In this document: positions 12,879 to 27,000 of the stretch, piece after piece
Position numbering within the stretch: position 1 is the first letter of the stretch
Layout: every line of letters begins with the position of its first letter
Source of the DNA: Phoronis australis
Lineage: Eukaryota > Animalia > Phoronida
DNA length: 64,000 bases
Direction: 5' to 3'
Assembly: GCA_002633005.1 (NCBI GenBank)
Contig: NMRA01000146.1
Coordinates: forward strand, 85,640-149,639
Translations under genes and position numbers: made by a program
Notes under the pieces: generated by a model
Told to the model about the DNA's origin: nothing
The model's database searches: none
What the model saw: only the letters and a program-made list of their open reading frames with translations

Positions 12879-14230
12879 GCCTACAAGAGTGACAGTATAC
12901 CCTTAAACAGCTATCGCCGTTTCCTAATTATGTTAGTAAAATAAAACAAAAACAAGTTAAATGAAACCAGACATGTAAATAAGGAAACATGGTTGTCTTC
13001 CGAGGAATAGTCGTTTTCGCGACATCAAACTTTTCAATCAGTCTCCACCTCATGGGCAGGTAAGTGGGGCTTTTCAGTATTTTTTGGAGGAATAGCGTCT
13101 CCGAATGTCATCATTAGAACTAAAAATGTATTACTCTGTGAGTAACACATCTCTGATAGAATCGATGGAGGTCAATAAAACTTGACACAGAGGTACAGTA
13201 TGTGACGAGAACAAACTGGCACCAATCGGTTTTCTGACGTATTCGACAAGTACAGCCACACCGTTGCGGTTCCGACAAGGGTTTTTTCAGCTGAATTTTA
13301 GGGAAGACTAGCCTTTCCGGGTAATATCTAGAGAAGAAATTGATAGATTTACCTAAAACTGTACACTAATGTATGCGACAACAATGCTTCGGCAACAATC
13401 GTTTATATTGGCAGATAAGACCACTGCAGCACCTCTTGGAGACCATATTGGTCTCGACAAGGGTTTTCCCTGCTGAGAGGATGAGCGATTGTGGATATGT
13501 GAAGAACTTTGTATATATTCCAATCCAACATCTGGGACAGAGGAATGTAACAGCTGTGCGCTGGCATCACTTGATTGGCTATTGCAGCACCCCTTCATGG
13601 CCATTTGGCCGTTTGTCCAGTTGCCGTCTCCTCGCTACCACGAAATCTATTTGTATTTTGATGAAATTTAGCACAAGGACGTACGGCATCGCTAAGGGGC
13701 AAGGGGGGCTTTAGTTTTCGGCATTTTTGCGTAAGGTTTTCTGGTTGATTTGTGTACAGCTGAAGCACATACTTTACACACGGTATGTGACAACAATACG
13801 CCAGTACTAGTTGATTTTCGAGCAGATTTCATAGATGCAGGACTATGGCCACTTCAATCTCGACAAGGGATGTGTTCACTTCTTCTATGGAGAAGAGTGT
13901 TTTCGGATGGTAGCTGCATAACTGAATGACGGATTCAATGTGTCATGGCCCAGTGATGTGAGAGATCAATCCGTCGACGCCCCTTTTCAAGTGAATTTGA
14001 CCTCTGAAGCATGCCTAATAGCCATTTCCGTTTCGACAAGAGGATTCTCACTCTTGTAGAGCGTTTCTAGATTATGGCAATTTCCAATTAGTATAGTGAT
14101 GAATGTACGTGTTTGATAAATTAGGGAATACCTGAATATCTGTGCGCACTAACAAGTTCGCACAGAATGAAAATTATAATCAATTCATTTCCAATGTCCT
14201 GCATAATGGATGTCCCTTTATGTTTTGTAG

Positions 14231-14286
14231 GTGGACCTGAGCTTGGCACAGCGGATGTGATGGCCATCTTTGTCAAGTATAAATGA
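14231..14286 (+). CDS. Terminal exon 5 of secreted PAN-like + uncharacterised-domain protein
   Basis: TTTTGTAG| then GGPELGTADVMAIFVKYK*. Exon lengths 316+176+155+182+56 = 885 nt = 294 aa + stop, with no internal stop. Confidence 0.85.
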
Positions 14287-15323
14287 AACTCTCAAACGGA
14301 TTGTTAGTTACATGTGCCTTTCGGGTCTTATTAGGTCAATCCAGATATCCAATGTTCTGTACATGAATAATTTAGCACTGGGAAACTTCAAGACTCATGC
14401 ATAACAATTTCTAGTGATTCATTTCAAATTTAATACACGTTAGACATTTTTGCATAAAACAAAAAAGTGGACTAGGTCCGCTGGTTAAAATCCAAAAGAC
14501 GGCGTACATGTCCAATTATGCCTGGAGATATGCACAAACGCAATAAAGTGCAACCAACAAATGCACATGCACACAGTCTTAGACGTAGAAAAAACTCCGT
14601 ACTCCACACAAAGATACGACCTAAACGCCGTTATCTATGGATAGTTTTCGACCATGAAACGGTTCTATGTTAATCCTTAATCACATCTACAAACCGTTTA
14701 CTACGCTCAAAGTTGACTCCAAACAAAAGTATCGCACCGACATTTGTCCCAGTGGCGGATCTACGATATCATAAAGGGGGACTCGACATTTTGTCTAGGT
14801 GAATCGTGCAAAACACGATTGCGTGTGCGAGTCGAGCCTAAAATGTAGGGTGGAGTCGAATTTCTGGGTATGTGAGGCGACTAAAAAATGACGGCTCTGA
14901 ACCCCACCCTCACACACACAATCTAAAACGTCCACACAACGTCAGGGCAAAGATTGTACAGTAACAATGGTTTGAATGATGTATTTGTTTTTCTAAATAA
15001 AGATTCCTCTAACATATGACCATAGCATAAAAAATCGAGAAATTGTTTCACAACAGCTTTCTGTCAGCCAACACTAAATTAGCATGCGCTCACACCCAAG
15101 CGGCCTCTGTGCTCGGGCAATTACCGTTGTTGCCGGCACCAAAAGCCGGTAACGCAGTGGTTTATGCTTTGCTGGTTTCTCAAAACATTTGCACTCACGA
15201 GCACTCCAAGACATTACAAATTGTACATAATGAGACAGACTTTGTTTCAGTTTCATATAAGCAATGGTTAGGATGAGAATAATTATTGGTTTTGAAACAG
15301 AAGGTAGAATAATAAAAGTCCAC

Positions 15324-15600
15324 ATGGCAACTCGCCCAGCGCCAATCCCGATTTAGTCAAGAGCTCATCCAACGAAGACTTCACGGGTCGGATCGTTAGG
15401 TTTCACAGGATATCAGTTATAACCCGAATACACTGATCAAGAAATACTAGAGACGAGGCGCCGTGATCATGCACAGGCAACGGAACATATGGACGCTTTC
15501 GTCGCAAATTCATAGTTCAGACAAGCTGGAACGATGCACCACAATGTAGCGGATTCACTCTGCAGACGAACCACTGACGTCGCTGCGTCGTTTTTCACCT
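15324..15600 (+). pseudogene. Possible highly decayed KolX N-terminal relic
   Basis: GYQL*PEYTDQEILETRRR resembles GYMFEPEYNEAE of the KolX at 2023-2334. No convincing TIRs found. Confidence 0.3.
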
Positions 15601-18600
15601 TCCTCACAGGTTAACGCGACACCTCTCGGCAAGGTGAGTTCGATCGTATAAGAGGCGATGTGGATACAGACCGATTAAGACAATAAAAATGACTAATTAA
15701 ATCGGTTGGCATTCTCCTTTAAGGTGTCCCATTTCACACGATACCCTCTCCATCGGTGGAGCAGTACAGGGGAAATGTCGCTTTGTCCTTCTATACATGT
15801 AAATCCGACACTGCCAAGAATTCACGATGGATATTGAGGTTCCAAATTCATCAAAAAAATCGTGTAGAGCCCAGCCATTCGAACCATACAACCAAAAATG
15901 TGAAAAAGTACAGTAGGATTGCCGCCATCGAAAGGTTGGAATTTTGAAGCAAGTGAAGACCACTATTTATGAAATACACAAAACGACTATTTCCGATCGG
16001 TAGTTATAAAATAATGTTACTGTAGTATCACAAGAATGTTATCTCCTTTAAAGATGATTGCTGTGAGTCAACTATAACGAATTACTGCATGTGGAAAACA
16101 ATGCTGTCTAGGCTACTATTTGTGATGACCGTGTACATGTCGAAAAGGGGTGCTCAAAGAACTCTCGCAATCATAAACAAAGATTTCAGCGTTTTTCTGT
16201 CAGTGAATTTCAAGTTTACCTCATGAATCGTTATAGGCACCTCTGAAATGAGCAAAAATGCACCTTAATACGAATGCCCCGTCTCCCATATTCCCCCGAT
16301 TACCCGTCAAAGCCTGCAAGCATGAATGCGGAAATTGCTTATAACATTCCGATTTGATAAACAAATTCGTTGGTTTCTGATTTACTTTTTTGTGTATCAA
16401 TGAAAATCGATAGATTCAGATGATTTTTGACAATTAGAAGCTAATTTTGTAAGAATTGACGATGCTTCAGTGAATGTAATTTCAGCCTGGAGTTGGAAAA
16501 GCTCCGATCCCCAAATAGTAAAGAAAACTTATAGACGATTTTTGCATATCTGAAATAACCCTCAAAGATTGATGACATTCGGATTCACAAACCGTAGGTA
16601 CAAAACGTTTTTAAAATCCTCAAACTAATAAAATTAAACTAATTGCTTGGAAAGGTTGTCTTTGCACTTCCTAGGTGTTTTTAGTCCCTAGTAGTATTAA
16701 GCATTGAATTTTTCATGTGGAGAATTTCTCGATTACACTGGTCACCGCTCCGATTCACTAAGCCCCAAGACAATTACACGATGCCTATTCAGCACTCCCT
16801 TTGAATTGATGTAGAGCTGAGCTAATGAAGTGGAAAGGTAATAGCTAGAATTACTGTCTCAATAATGGTTGTTGTTAGTACCTCCCAATTTGGTTTTCTC
16901 TGACATTTGCAGAGTTACAGCCAGCAAGTTTCGAGAGTAGTTTTAACTTGGTACATTTTGAATATTACAAAATGACTAAAAAGGTTAACTTGTGGTTATC
17001 TTCACAAAGGGCCACTTCCCAAAGGAACGATGATGTTTCATACTGGTTTTCGTTAATTAATTTTTAATGCTTTGCCCACTTGTTTTTTTTTTCTTACTAC
17101 CGGGAACGAGTTGATAACTTTTTATCTAAGTTTTTACCTTGAAGTACCAAAACAGTGGTAGATTTTGTTCGCCAGCAAAACTTAATTAGTTAAGTTCATT
17201 GTGAGCCCATCCCTGAACTTTCCACATCACACGTACACTAAACATTCCACGTGTCATTAAAGTTTGATCTTTATTAGAACTCAAATCATAAAATATATAC
17301 AAAAGTGCAAATATGGTGATAACCAAACTGAAGATTTGAAATCTCTGGACAATTTCAGTGGCACTGACTATATAACTCTTCTAGCTCTTTGTCAGTAATC
17401 AAAAATGAAAAGTTGGCAAATGTTAAGTACATATGTTCTCAGGTCAAAAATCTGGTTAAAAGAGATTGAAAGAATATTTAAAAATGAACCCATGTGTTAT
17501 TGTTAACTCTGATCAGCGTTTGTACATGTATATCCACCGAGTATATCAATACGCGCGGTTTTTTATCTTCAATCGCACCCAATGGTTGTAGTTTTTAGAT
17601 TATTAGTTCAACGATTTTTAAAAATCGAACACCGTACTTGTTTGTATTTTTTCTAGCTGAATATCGTAAATTAGTGGGTAATGCATTTTGAAAATTCGCC
17701 ATTGTGTACATGTACAGTCAGAGATGTTTAATACAGTTTATGGTCGGGTAATTACACTCAATTGGGTTTTGCTCGCATCGGGCAATGCGGTCATCACAAC
17801 TGTACCTGACTCTGACGCCGCGCTCTCTTTGCTAATGGTAAAAGCCGCTCAGAAGAACGAGCGGTGGAAATTCCCGCATATCTTTTGAAATGCGTGACTT
17901 CATTTTAAGCGTATTATTCATGGCATGGTTTTTCTAAATGGAATTGATTGCTTGTCCTGATTCACGTGCACGTCATGACTGACGTACCCACGTTAAAAAT
18001 AAGGTGTAACCCTGCAGTAGGCCCGGCGCAGGAACTGAATTTGAACTCCAAGCGTTCAGGAAGTGTGTGCATTTTTGGCACTTACTATCGTGTTCCCCAG
18101 CCACCAGAAACTGGATTACCGGTCGTGTTCCAACTAGGCACTTTTAAACAGCCCCAAAGGCACCATACCAGGGGTTTCGGGACCTCACCTTTTCAAAAAC
18201 ACTCCTTCAAAGAATGACCATAACAAAATAAAGTTTTCCCGAAACTAGATCACAATAAAACGAATCTTGACCAGATCCAGCGCAGACAACCGGTACGAGC
18301 TGCCTGTCTCAAGTGAATCACACCTGAGCTGACCAGCATCCAACTAAAATTCATTGGGAATTTAGTATTTTCACCACTGTTAGATCTCAGCTATAGCTAT
18401 TTGAGGTACCTCCTAGCTACCAGCCAGTGAAATATGGTCCTAGCCCCATTCTTGCTCTCCATGATGGTTCATGGTTAGGCTACTACACTCGTGATGACTT
18501 TATCCCCGAGGGATTGTTCCAGGGGCGGATTTAGGTTTTGAGTTGGAGGGGGGCAGGGCAGAGTATTAGTCAATGTTTTACCTGTCAGAAATTTGCACCC

Positions 18601-18794
18601 TTGAACTGCCAAATGGAATCCGGCCACACCTAAATCCTCCACTGCTCCCCCACACCTAGGGCGGACGTGAGAGATTCGGTACAAAGTTGGTGGCATCGGG
18701 AGCACGGGGGCGGGGTGTGTGGCAGAGGTAGTGGCGATGGGAGGGGGTTGTTTGGCGAAGTCGAATTGTGCCCCCCAATAATGTTTACCTTCCT

Positions 18795-19250
18795 ACGGAC
18801 CTACTACACGCAAGTCTGCTCTTACTCTACCTTAGAGCAAGAGCAGAATTGCGTGTAGTAGGTCCGTGATTAATGTGGCGTGAGAACGTGATCTGAAATA
18901 ACGCATTGTGAGCGCGGTATCGTTGTTACGGAAATAGTTTCACGAGCGGCTACCGGTTGTCCAGTTCTACAAAACTTAGGGAAAGAGTACGGTAATGCGA
19001 ATGTACATAATCTTACATTATTATTATTTGCTTTATAATGTATACTCGTTTAGAATATACGTTAAAATGCCTTTTAATCAACGGTTTGTTTGATAAAACG
19101 ACATTTACTGATGAAATTACAGTTTTGTCGGTTCCTCGCACTCTCTACAAAAATGATTGAATTTGCTATTCACTGAAGAGCAGACGAGACGATTACGCTC
19201 TGCCGGAAACGACATTTGTAACGTTGGTAGGCCTTTCATTTGATTTCGTC
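18795..19250. repeat. Dispersed ~400-bp repeat (second copy ~30550-30955) starting with a 73-bp hairpin
   Basis: The segment GTGGCGTGAGAACGTGATCTGAAATAA...GAGACGATTACGCTCTGCC is shared with ~30590-30910. Hairpin at 18795-18867. Confidence 0.8.
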
Positions 19251-21599
19251 GCATTTTCTGAATAAGTTTGATATCACATGATAGGTTCATGACCAATGAA
19301 AGCAAAAACGACATCGACACTAGAATATCGGTTACCATGGTAACACTGGAACTGTTTCCGGGGAGGTACTTTTCCTGCTTGTTAAAAACCAGCAGTAACT
19401 GATACCCTGATAGCGAAGCTGCCCCCACGAGAAAGCTGAAAATAATAACAGCAGTAAATGTCTATGCGTAGCTAAGCTATATGGCAGCGAGAGATCTCTC
19501 AAAAAGTAGTGCGGTGTAAATGCCTTAAAATCGACCAACAAACAAAACAAAATAGCATAGATTCTATATTTGTATCTTTACTGGCATAATACTATAAAAA
19601 CATTTTGAAATTTCGAGTTGAAAGTGATCGTCAGATATCTTGTTTATTCTGTGTCCTTTTCGATTGTGCATTGGTAGATTGGCATACATTCGTGTGTAAA
19701 TGTATGCGCTTCCATTCTTTTAAATTCAGTTCACAGTCTTCTGTCGTCGCTTAAAAACTCGAAATTTAACTACCGTGTTTTCTTGCACTAAGAAAACTGC
19801 GTCGAGCTCGTTCACATTATTAGGGAAAAGTAGGTCTACACTTAATAAAAAATTTGGGCAATAAAGAAAGCCTTTTCTTGCTAATTATTGTCAATGGTGC
19901 ACAATCTCGTAGACTTTATACAAACAACAAACTTGATGGAGAAGATTTCCAAAGTTACGTGTCACTGTTCGGAAGATTTACAACTCTGAAGGTCCATTAC
20001 TCCCCATCCGCAGATTCACTATATACTCCGAGTGTTCAATACTTTGAATGCCCACATATTCTGACACCAGAGCTCCGAAGTTCATTATTCTGATTGTCTG
20101 CTAAGGAGTCGGAACTGACATGAATAAAGTATTGTATTTGTGTCCATTAAGCAACCATTTATGATGTATTAGCAGTTTTCTAATGATGAATTGTGTCCTC
20201 GTTTAATAAATTTAAGAATATTGATGATAATAATAATAACGATAACGAAAACGATAACGAGTAACACTAGCGATAGAAGTAATAATAACAGAACTAGTAC
20301 TAGTAATGTAATACTAATAAAAATGATAATCGGTAGTCAATTTCATGTCGTGTCAGCACGGAGGGCTTTCCATACAAGAGGTATACGAAAAGTGCAGCAC
20401 AAAAGGGTGTTTTTTTCACAATAACAAATACTCTCCAAAATGGGGCAATTTTCGACAAAATTATATTTAAAATGTGACGTTCCTGAATTCCTGGAACTAA
20501 AGTGTGATTTTTTACACAAATTTGTCCCCAAAAGGTTCACTTTTTTGTCCGAGCCCACTCTCCAAACAGGTACGTATTCAAATTTTTCGGGCATCACCGC
20601 TCGTACAAAAATACTCCAGTAACCCGTGGTCGTGTCAGATACCACTTGTTTGTGATATGACGTGGGTTTCGTAAAATGTAACAATGGTCCATTTTGCAAA
20701 ATTATTACGTACATGTATTCCGGCGTATCACAGCACGCACACTACAGGTATATTCAGTGGCTGATCTACGTTTTCAGTAAAGGGGTGTCGGGATTCGGAC
20801 GAATCCGAAGCTCGTAGCGCCAACCTGAGCGGGAAAGTCTCTGTAAGAGAATTTTTTGTTGTTTTTGTAGCCAAATAGTACAATTTCCATGCATCCTAAC
20901 TACTTTGTGGCAGTTAAACTGTCTCTGGAGTTTATTTTAAAATGATTTGAAACTCTTCTCAATTTCACCTCGTGAACTCGCCTTATAAGTTCCGTACTAA
21001 TATTTGCGCACACCTGGGTATGAGTCACACCACCAGCAAAATTCTAGGTGGAACCTTTGTCTACATACATCTACTTTGAGCATAAGAAAATTCGTATACG
21101 AAAATATGCAGTGTGTATACAGGGGCTTAGACAACTACATGTACCAAATGTTCAAGAGCCACATTTGAATATCAGATGATTGTGCGACAGCAGCCTCAAG
21201 TTGTTTAAGAACGAAGACCGGCACTGGAAATGAACAGTTGTCCTGTCTTGTTACGAGAAACACCGGCAACACAGAGTGTTGATATTAGCGCATAATTTGT
21301 TGTTAAAAGTGACAATAAACACCTTAATATCACCATTTGTCTTTATTAAGTTGTATCACTTTGGCTGTTTGGCTACCGTGTGTCGCAATACTCGAAAAAT
21401 GACAAATTCATCCGGAAACAAATCACATTTCCACAGAACCAAAACATGCTGTACACTGTTGTGAAAAGATAGACAAGACCAGTTCGCCAAGAGACGAGGT
21501 GTACGCTGAAAATCATTATCTACACAAATAAGCTGACCTTTACACTTGATATCTCGGGACCAAACGTACTGAGTGAGGTAATTAATTTTGAAAAGCACA

Positions 21600-21952
21600 C
21601 TGTGGCTGTAATTTACCTAACGTTTTTATACCCTACTTATCTTAATCATGTCATTTTTTCATGGTCGTTAATAGTCTCACTGTTTAGAGTCATCTCTTTA
21701 TTAATTTCAACTCTCTTAGTTGGTAAATTGTAGCCACTCTTCGTCATTTATTCATTGTCTCAATTCTCAACCTGTTTTAATTGTATCCTTGTTACATATG
21801 TTAAATTGTTGTTTTATTACTTCATTGTATTATATTACGGTTTTTGTTTTTGAGGGCCCTCTTGGAAAGCAGTGCTATTATTGAAGAGGCTACCCTTATT
21901 TTAATTATCACGATAAATAAATGAATGAATAATAAATAAATAAATAAATAAA
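21600..21952 (+). mobile_element. Non-LTR retrotransposon-like 3' tail with (AATA)n microsatellite end
   Basis: T-rich region, then GAGGGCCCTCTTGGAAAGCAG...GAGGCTACCCT, then an (AATA)n tail. A shorter copy lies at 12272-12364. Confidence 0.5.
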
Positions 21953-21973
21953 GATGTGTTTTGATATGATTAG

Positions 21974-23828
21974 GGAATATACTACCCACCGCCGATTTTT
22001 CATCAGTACTGCGTACTGGAGCTGTGACAAAGACACAGGATGGGTCGCAGTAATAGACGGTGAAGGAGAACAGAGTTTCCAACTACCCACAGTTTTGGTA
22101 CAGTAGGGCTCCGACCAAGATGAAGTGGAGCTCTGCTTTAGGTAAATTCACAATGATATAGCATACATGAAACAAATCATTCTGCCTACATGCGCGCACC
22201 CAGAGGAGGCTAGAGGGGATCGAACGAGTCCCCCATTTGACGAAGGGGGGAAAGGTCCCCCCAGAGAACGAAAAAAACGAGACAAAAATGCACAGGAATC
22301 CGGCGCGATTACATGATTCATAGGTCTGGACTCAGTACCTCGTTATTTAGTCCTCATGTTCATTTTACAGTGAAAAGACCACATACCGATAAATTCCAGC
22401 CCCCTCTATTTTAGCCAGGGTGCGCAAATAGCCTACAAGAGTGACAGTATACGTTTCAACAGCTATCGCCGTTTCTTAATTATGTTAGCAAATTAAAGCA
22501 AGAACAAGTTAAATGAAAGGAGACATGTAAATCAGGAAACATGATTTTCTTCTGAGGATAGTACGTTTTCGCGCCATCAAACTTTTCAAACTGTCTTGCC
22601 CATATTGGGCAGGTAAGTGGGGCTTTTCAGTGTTTTTTGAGGAATAGCGATTCTGGATGTCATCATTAGAACTAGAGATGTATTACTCTCTGAGTAACAC
22701 ATCACTGATAGAATCGATGGACACCAATGAAACTTGGCACAGAGGTATGTGACGAAAACGCGCTGGCACCAATCGGTTTTCTGGCGTATTCGACAAGTGC
22801 AGCCACACCGTTATGGTCCCGACAAGGGTTTTTTTCAGCTGTATTTTAGGGAAGACTAGCGTTTCCGGGTATTATAGATAGATTACCTTAAACTGTACAC
22901 TAATGTATGTGAAACAATGCTTCGGCAACAATCGTTTTTATTGACAGATTAGACCTCTGCAGCACCTCTCGGCTTGGAGACCATTTTAGTCTCGACAAGG
23001 GTTTTCCTTGCTGAGAGGATGAGCGATTGTGGATATGTGAAGAACGAATTTACAGAGTTCAATCCAACACCTGGGACAGAGGAATGTAACAGATGTGCGC
23101 TGACACCACTTTATTGGCTATTACAGCACCCCTTCGTGGCCATTTTGACCGTTTGTCCCGAGTTGCCGTCTCCTTACTACCACGAAATCTATTTGTATTT
23201 TGATGAAATTTGGCACAAGGACGTACGGCATCGCTAAGGGGCGAGGGGGGGGTTTAGTTTTCGGTATTTTTCCGGAAGATTTTCTGGTTGATGTGCGTAC
23301 AGCTGAAGCACATACTTTAAACACGGCATGTGACAACAATACGCCAGTACTAGTTGATTTTCGAGTAGATTTCATAGATGCAGCACTATGGCCACTTCAA
23401 TCTCGACAAGGGATGTGTGTTCACTTCTTCTGTGGAGAAGAGTGTTTTCGGATGATATCTGCATAACTGAATGACGAATATAATGTCTTGGCCCAGTGAT
23501 GTGAGAGATCAATCCGTCGACGCCCCTTTTTAAGTGAATTTGGCCTCTGAAGCATCCCTAATAGCCATTTTCGTTTCGACAAGAGGATTCTCACTCTTGT
23601 AGAGCGTTTCTAGATTATGGCATTTTCCCATTAGTCTAATGATGAGTGTACGTGTTTGATAATTAGGGAATAGCTGAATATCAGTGCGCACTAACGAGTT
23701 CGCACAGAATGCAAATTAGAATCAATTCATTTCCAATGTCCTGCATAATGGATGTCCCTTTATGTTTTGTAGGCGGACCTGAGCTTGGCACAGCGGATGT
23801 GATGGCCATCTTTGTCAAGTATAAATGA
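21974..23828 (+). pseudogene. Partial duplicate (exons 4-5) of the 6625-14286 gene
   Basis: The exon 4 copy (from 21974) lacks 14 nt (GTGTTTGTGATTGG), causing a frameshift and early TAG. The exon 5 copy (23773-23828) is intact. Exons 1-3 are not found upstream. Confidence 0.85.
22189..22430. mobile_element. MITE with 5-bp TSD (duplicated copy of 12616-12878)
   Basis: GCCTA|CATGCGCGCACCC...GGGTGCGCAAATA|GCCTA. Confidence 0.75.
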
Positions 23829-24063
23829 AACTCTCAAACGGATTGTTAGTTACATGTGCCTTTCGTGTCTTGTTAGGTCAATCCAATTATCCAATGTTCT
23901 CTGCATGAATAATTTAGCACTGGGAAAATTCAAGACTCTTGTATAACAATTTCTAGTGATTCATTTCAAATTCAATACACGTTAGACATTTTTGCATGAA
24001 ACAAAAAAGTGGACTAGATCTGCCGGTTAAAATCCGATAGACGACGTACATGTACATGTATAA

Positions 24064-27000
24064 CTAGAAAGATTATTGTCACGGCGTGACAATAACGGAC
24101 TCTGCGCGTGCGTATTACTGGAATTATTATGGGAAGCTATTGACAGCAACCCGTTTACAAATATGAAAAGGAATTCTTTAAAATTGTAGGAGAAAATACA
24201 TATTAATTTTTTGATGACCTTTTCACTAATTGACCTCTTCCGGTGCATTATGAGCCACGATGAGGGAGTAATTGTTAACTCGACTAAAAGTGTGGTTAAC
24301 GCTAATAATCACAGATGTTTTACTTTAAGCACTTCAGAATACAAGATGAATGAAGTGGTCAAACTTGCAGAAGAAAAATGCACCTAATGACCCCATGGGG
24401 GCACCAAATGACCTGAAACTTTAGAATTCAAACTCAATCGCACTTAGTAAACAGATGCGTAATTTTGAAGTCTATAGCTCAAAAATTTAAGTTTGCACTC
24501 AATGACCTTTGACCTATTTTTTCTGATTGGTTAGGCCTATTGCAAAGTAAAGTGGGGTATTCAATTGGCATGTTGACTTACACCAGTGTGCTGAAATTGA
24601 AAAGAATTCCTTAAAAAGCGTAAGACATATAACATTTTGAACGTAACATGACCTTTGCACTAATTGACCTTATCCGGTGCATGTTAAGCATCTTTAGGAG
24701 TATTATTGCAAAGCCCATGGAAAATGTGTTAAACGCTGAGAATCACAGTTGTCTAACGGTTGACACATCAGAATATTTGCTGATTGAAAAGGTCAAATTT
24801 TCAGAAGAAAAATGCATCTAATGACCCCATGTTTGCACTAAATGACCTGAAACTTTAGATTCCGATTTGATTTTCCTCTGGCAATCAGACCTGTCAATTT
24901 GAAGTGTCTAGCTCAAATTTTTAGTTTGCACCTAATGACCATTGACCTATTTCCCCTGATTGGACGACCCGATTACTTAGAAAAGTAATTTTTTAGATTG
25001 GCATGTTGATTTATACCCGTGAACCAAATTTGAAAAAGATAGCTTTAAAACTGAGGGAGGAGTGGCATTTTGAAAATTATATGACCTTTGCACCAAACGA
25101 CCTCTTCCGGTGCAATATCGAATATGATTATATAACCAATCAAAATTTATATAGTGTCAAAAGTCATATGCTGAATTTAAAGACCGTACCTGCACCCAAT
25201 TTGGAGTTATTAAGCCGCAAAGTTGGTCGGACGAAGAATAAGAAGAATAAGAACTAGAAAGATTATTGTCACGGCGTGACATTAACGGACTCTGCGTGTG
25301 CGTATTACTGGAATTATTATGGGAAGTTACTGACAGCAAACCGTTTACCAATATGAAAAGGAATTCTTTAAAATTGTAAGAGAAATTACATATTGATTTT
25401 TTGATGACCTTTCCACTAATTGACCTCCTCCGTGCATTATGAGCCTCGATGAGGGAGTAATTGTTAACTCGATTAAAAGTGTGGTTAATGCTAATAATCA
25501 CAGATGTTTTACTTTAAGCACTTCAGAATACAAGATGAATGAAGAAAAATGCACCTAATGACTCCATGGGGGAACCAAATGACCTGAAAACTTAGAATTC
25601 CTGCTCAATCGCAGTTAGTAAACAGATACCTAATCTTGAAGTCTCTAGCTCAAAATTTTAGTTTGCACTCAATGACCTTTGACCTATTTATTCTGATTGG
25701 TTAGGCTTATTGCGAAGTATAGTAGGGTATTTAATTGGCATGTTGACTTACACCAGTGTGCTAAAATTGAAAAGAATTCCTTGAAAAAAAAACGTAAGAC
25801 ATATAACATTTTTGAACGTTACATGACCTTTGCACTGATTGACCTTGTCCGGTGCATCTTAAGCATCTTTAGGAGAATTATTGCAAAGTCCATGCAAAAT
25901 GTGTTTAACGCTGAGAATCACAGTTGTCTAACGGTTGACACATCAGAATACTTGCTGATTGAAAAGGTCAAATTTTCAGAAGAAAAATGCACCTAATGAC
26001 CCCATGTTTGCACTAAATGACCTGAATCTTTGAATTCCGATTTGACTTAGTTGTGGCAATCAGACATGTCAATTTGAAGTGTCTAGCTCAAAATTTTAGT
26101 TTGCACCTAATAACCTTTGACATATTTCACGTGATTGGATGACCCGATTACTTAGAAAAGTAATTTTATAAATTGTCATTTGACTTATACCTGTGCACCG
26201 AATTTGAAAAAGATAACTTTAAAACAGAAGGAGGAGTAGCATTTTGAAAATTATATGACNNNNNNNNNNNNNNNNNNNNNNNNNNNNNNNNNNNNNNNNN
26301 NNNNNNNNNNNNNNNNNNNNNNNNNNNNNNNNNNNNNNNNNNNNNNNNNNNNNNNNNNNNNNNNNNNNNNNNNNNNNNNNNNNNNNNNNNNNNNNNNNNN
26401 NNNNNNNNNNNNNNNNNNNNNNNNNNNNNNNNNNNNNNNNNNNNNNNNNNNNNNNNNNNNNNNNNNNNNNNNNNNNNNNNNNNNNNNNNNNNNNNNNNNN
26501 NNNNNNNNNNNNNNNNNNNNNNNNNNNNNNNNNNNNNNNNNNNNNNNNNNNNNNNNNNNNNNNNNNNNNNNNNNNNNNNNNNNNNNNNNNNNNNNNNNNN
26601 NNNNNNNNNNNNNNNNNNNNNNNNNNNNNNNNNNNNNNNNNNNNNNNNNNNNNNNNNNNNNNNNNNNNNNNNNNNNNNNNNNNNNNNNNNNNNNNNNNNN
26701 NNNNNNNNNNNNNNNNNNNNNNNNNNNNNNNNNNNNNNNNNNNNNNNNNNNNNNNNNNNNNNNNNNNNNNNNNNNNNNNNNNNNNNNNNNNNNNNNNNNN
26801 NNNNNNNNNNNNNNNNNNNNNNNNNNNNNNNNNNNNNNNNNNNNNNNNNNNNNNNNNNNNNNNNNNNNNNNNNNNNNNNNNNNNNNNNNNNNNNNNNNNN
26901 NNNNNNNNNNNNNNNNNNNCATGTTGACTTACACCAGTGTGCTGAAATTGGAAGAATTTCTGAAAAACCTAAGAGATATAACATTTTGAACGTTATATGA

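Larger units (their letters stand above)
12272..14930 (+). repeat. Segmental duplication copy A (pairs with 21852-24063 + 27733-28180)
   Basis: Collinear high-identity match covering exon 4, intron 4, exon 5 and the 3' flank. Boundaries are approximate. Confidence 0.9.

Noticed and set aside
13353-13920. ORFs in intron 4 and their copies at 22974-23466
   Set aside because: Frames are not conserved between the two copies; the region has recurring TCGACAAG motifs typical of a degenerate non-coding interspersed repeat.
26166-26989. Three long ORFs of 223-272 aa
   Set aside because: Artefacts of the N gap.
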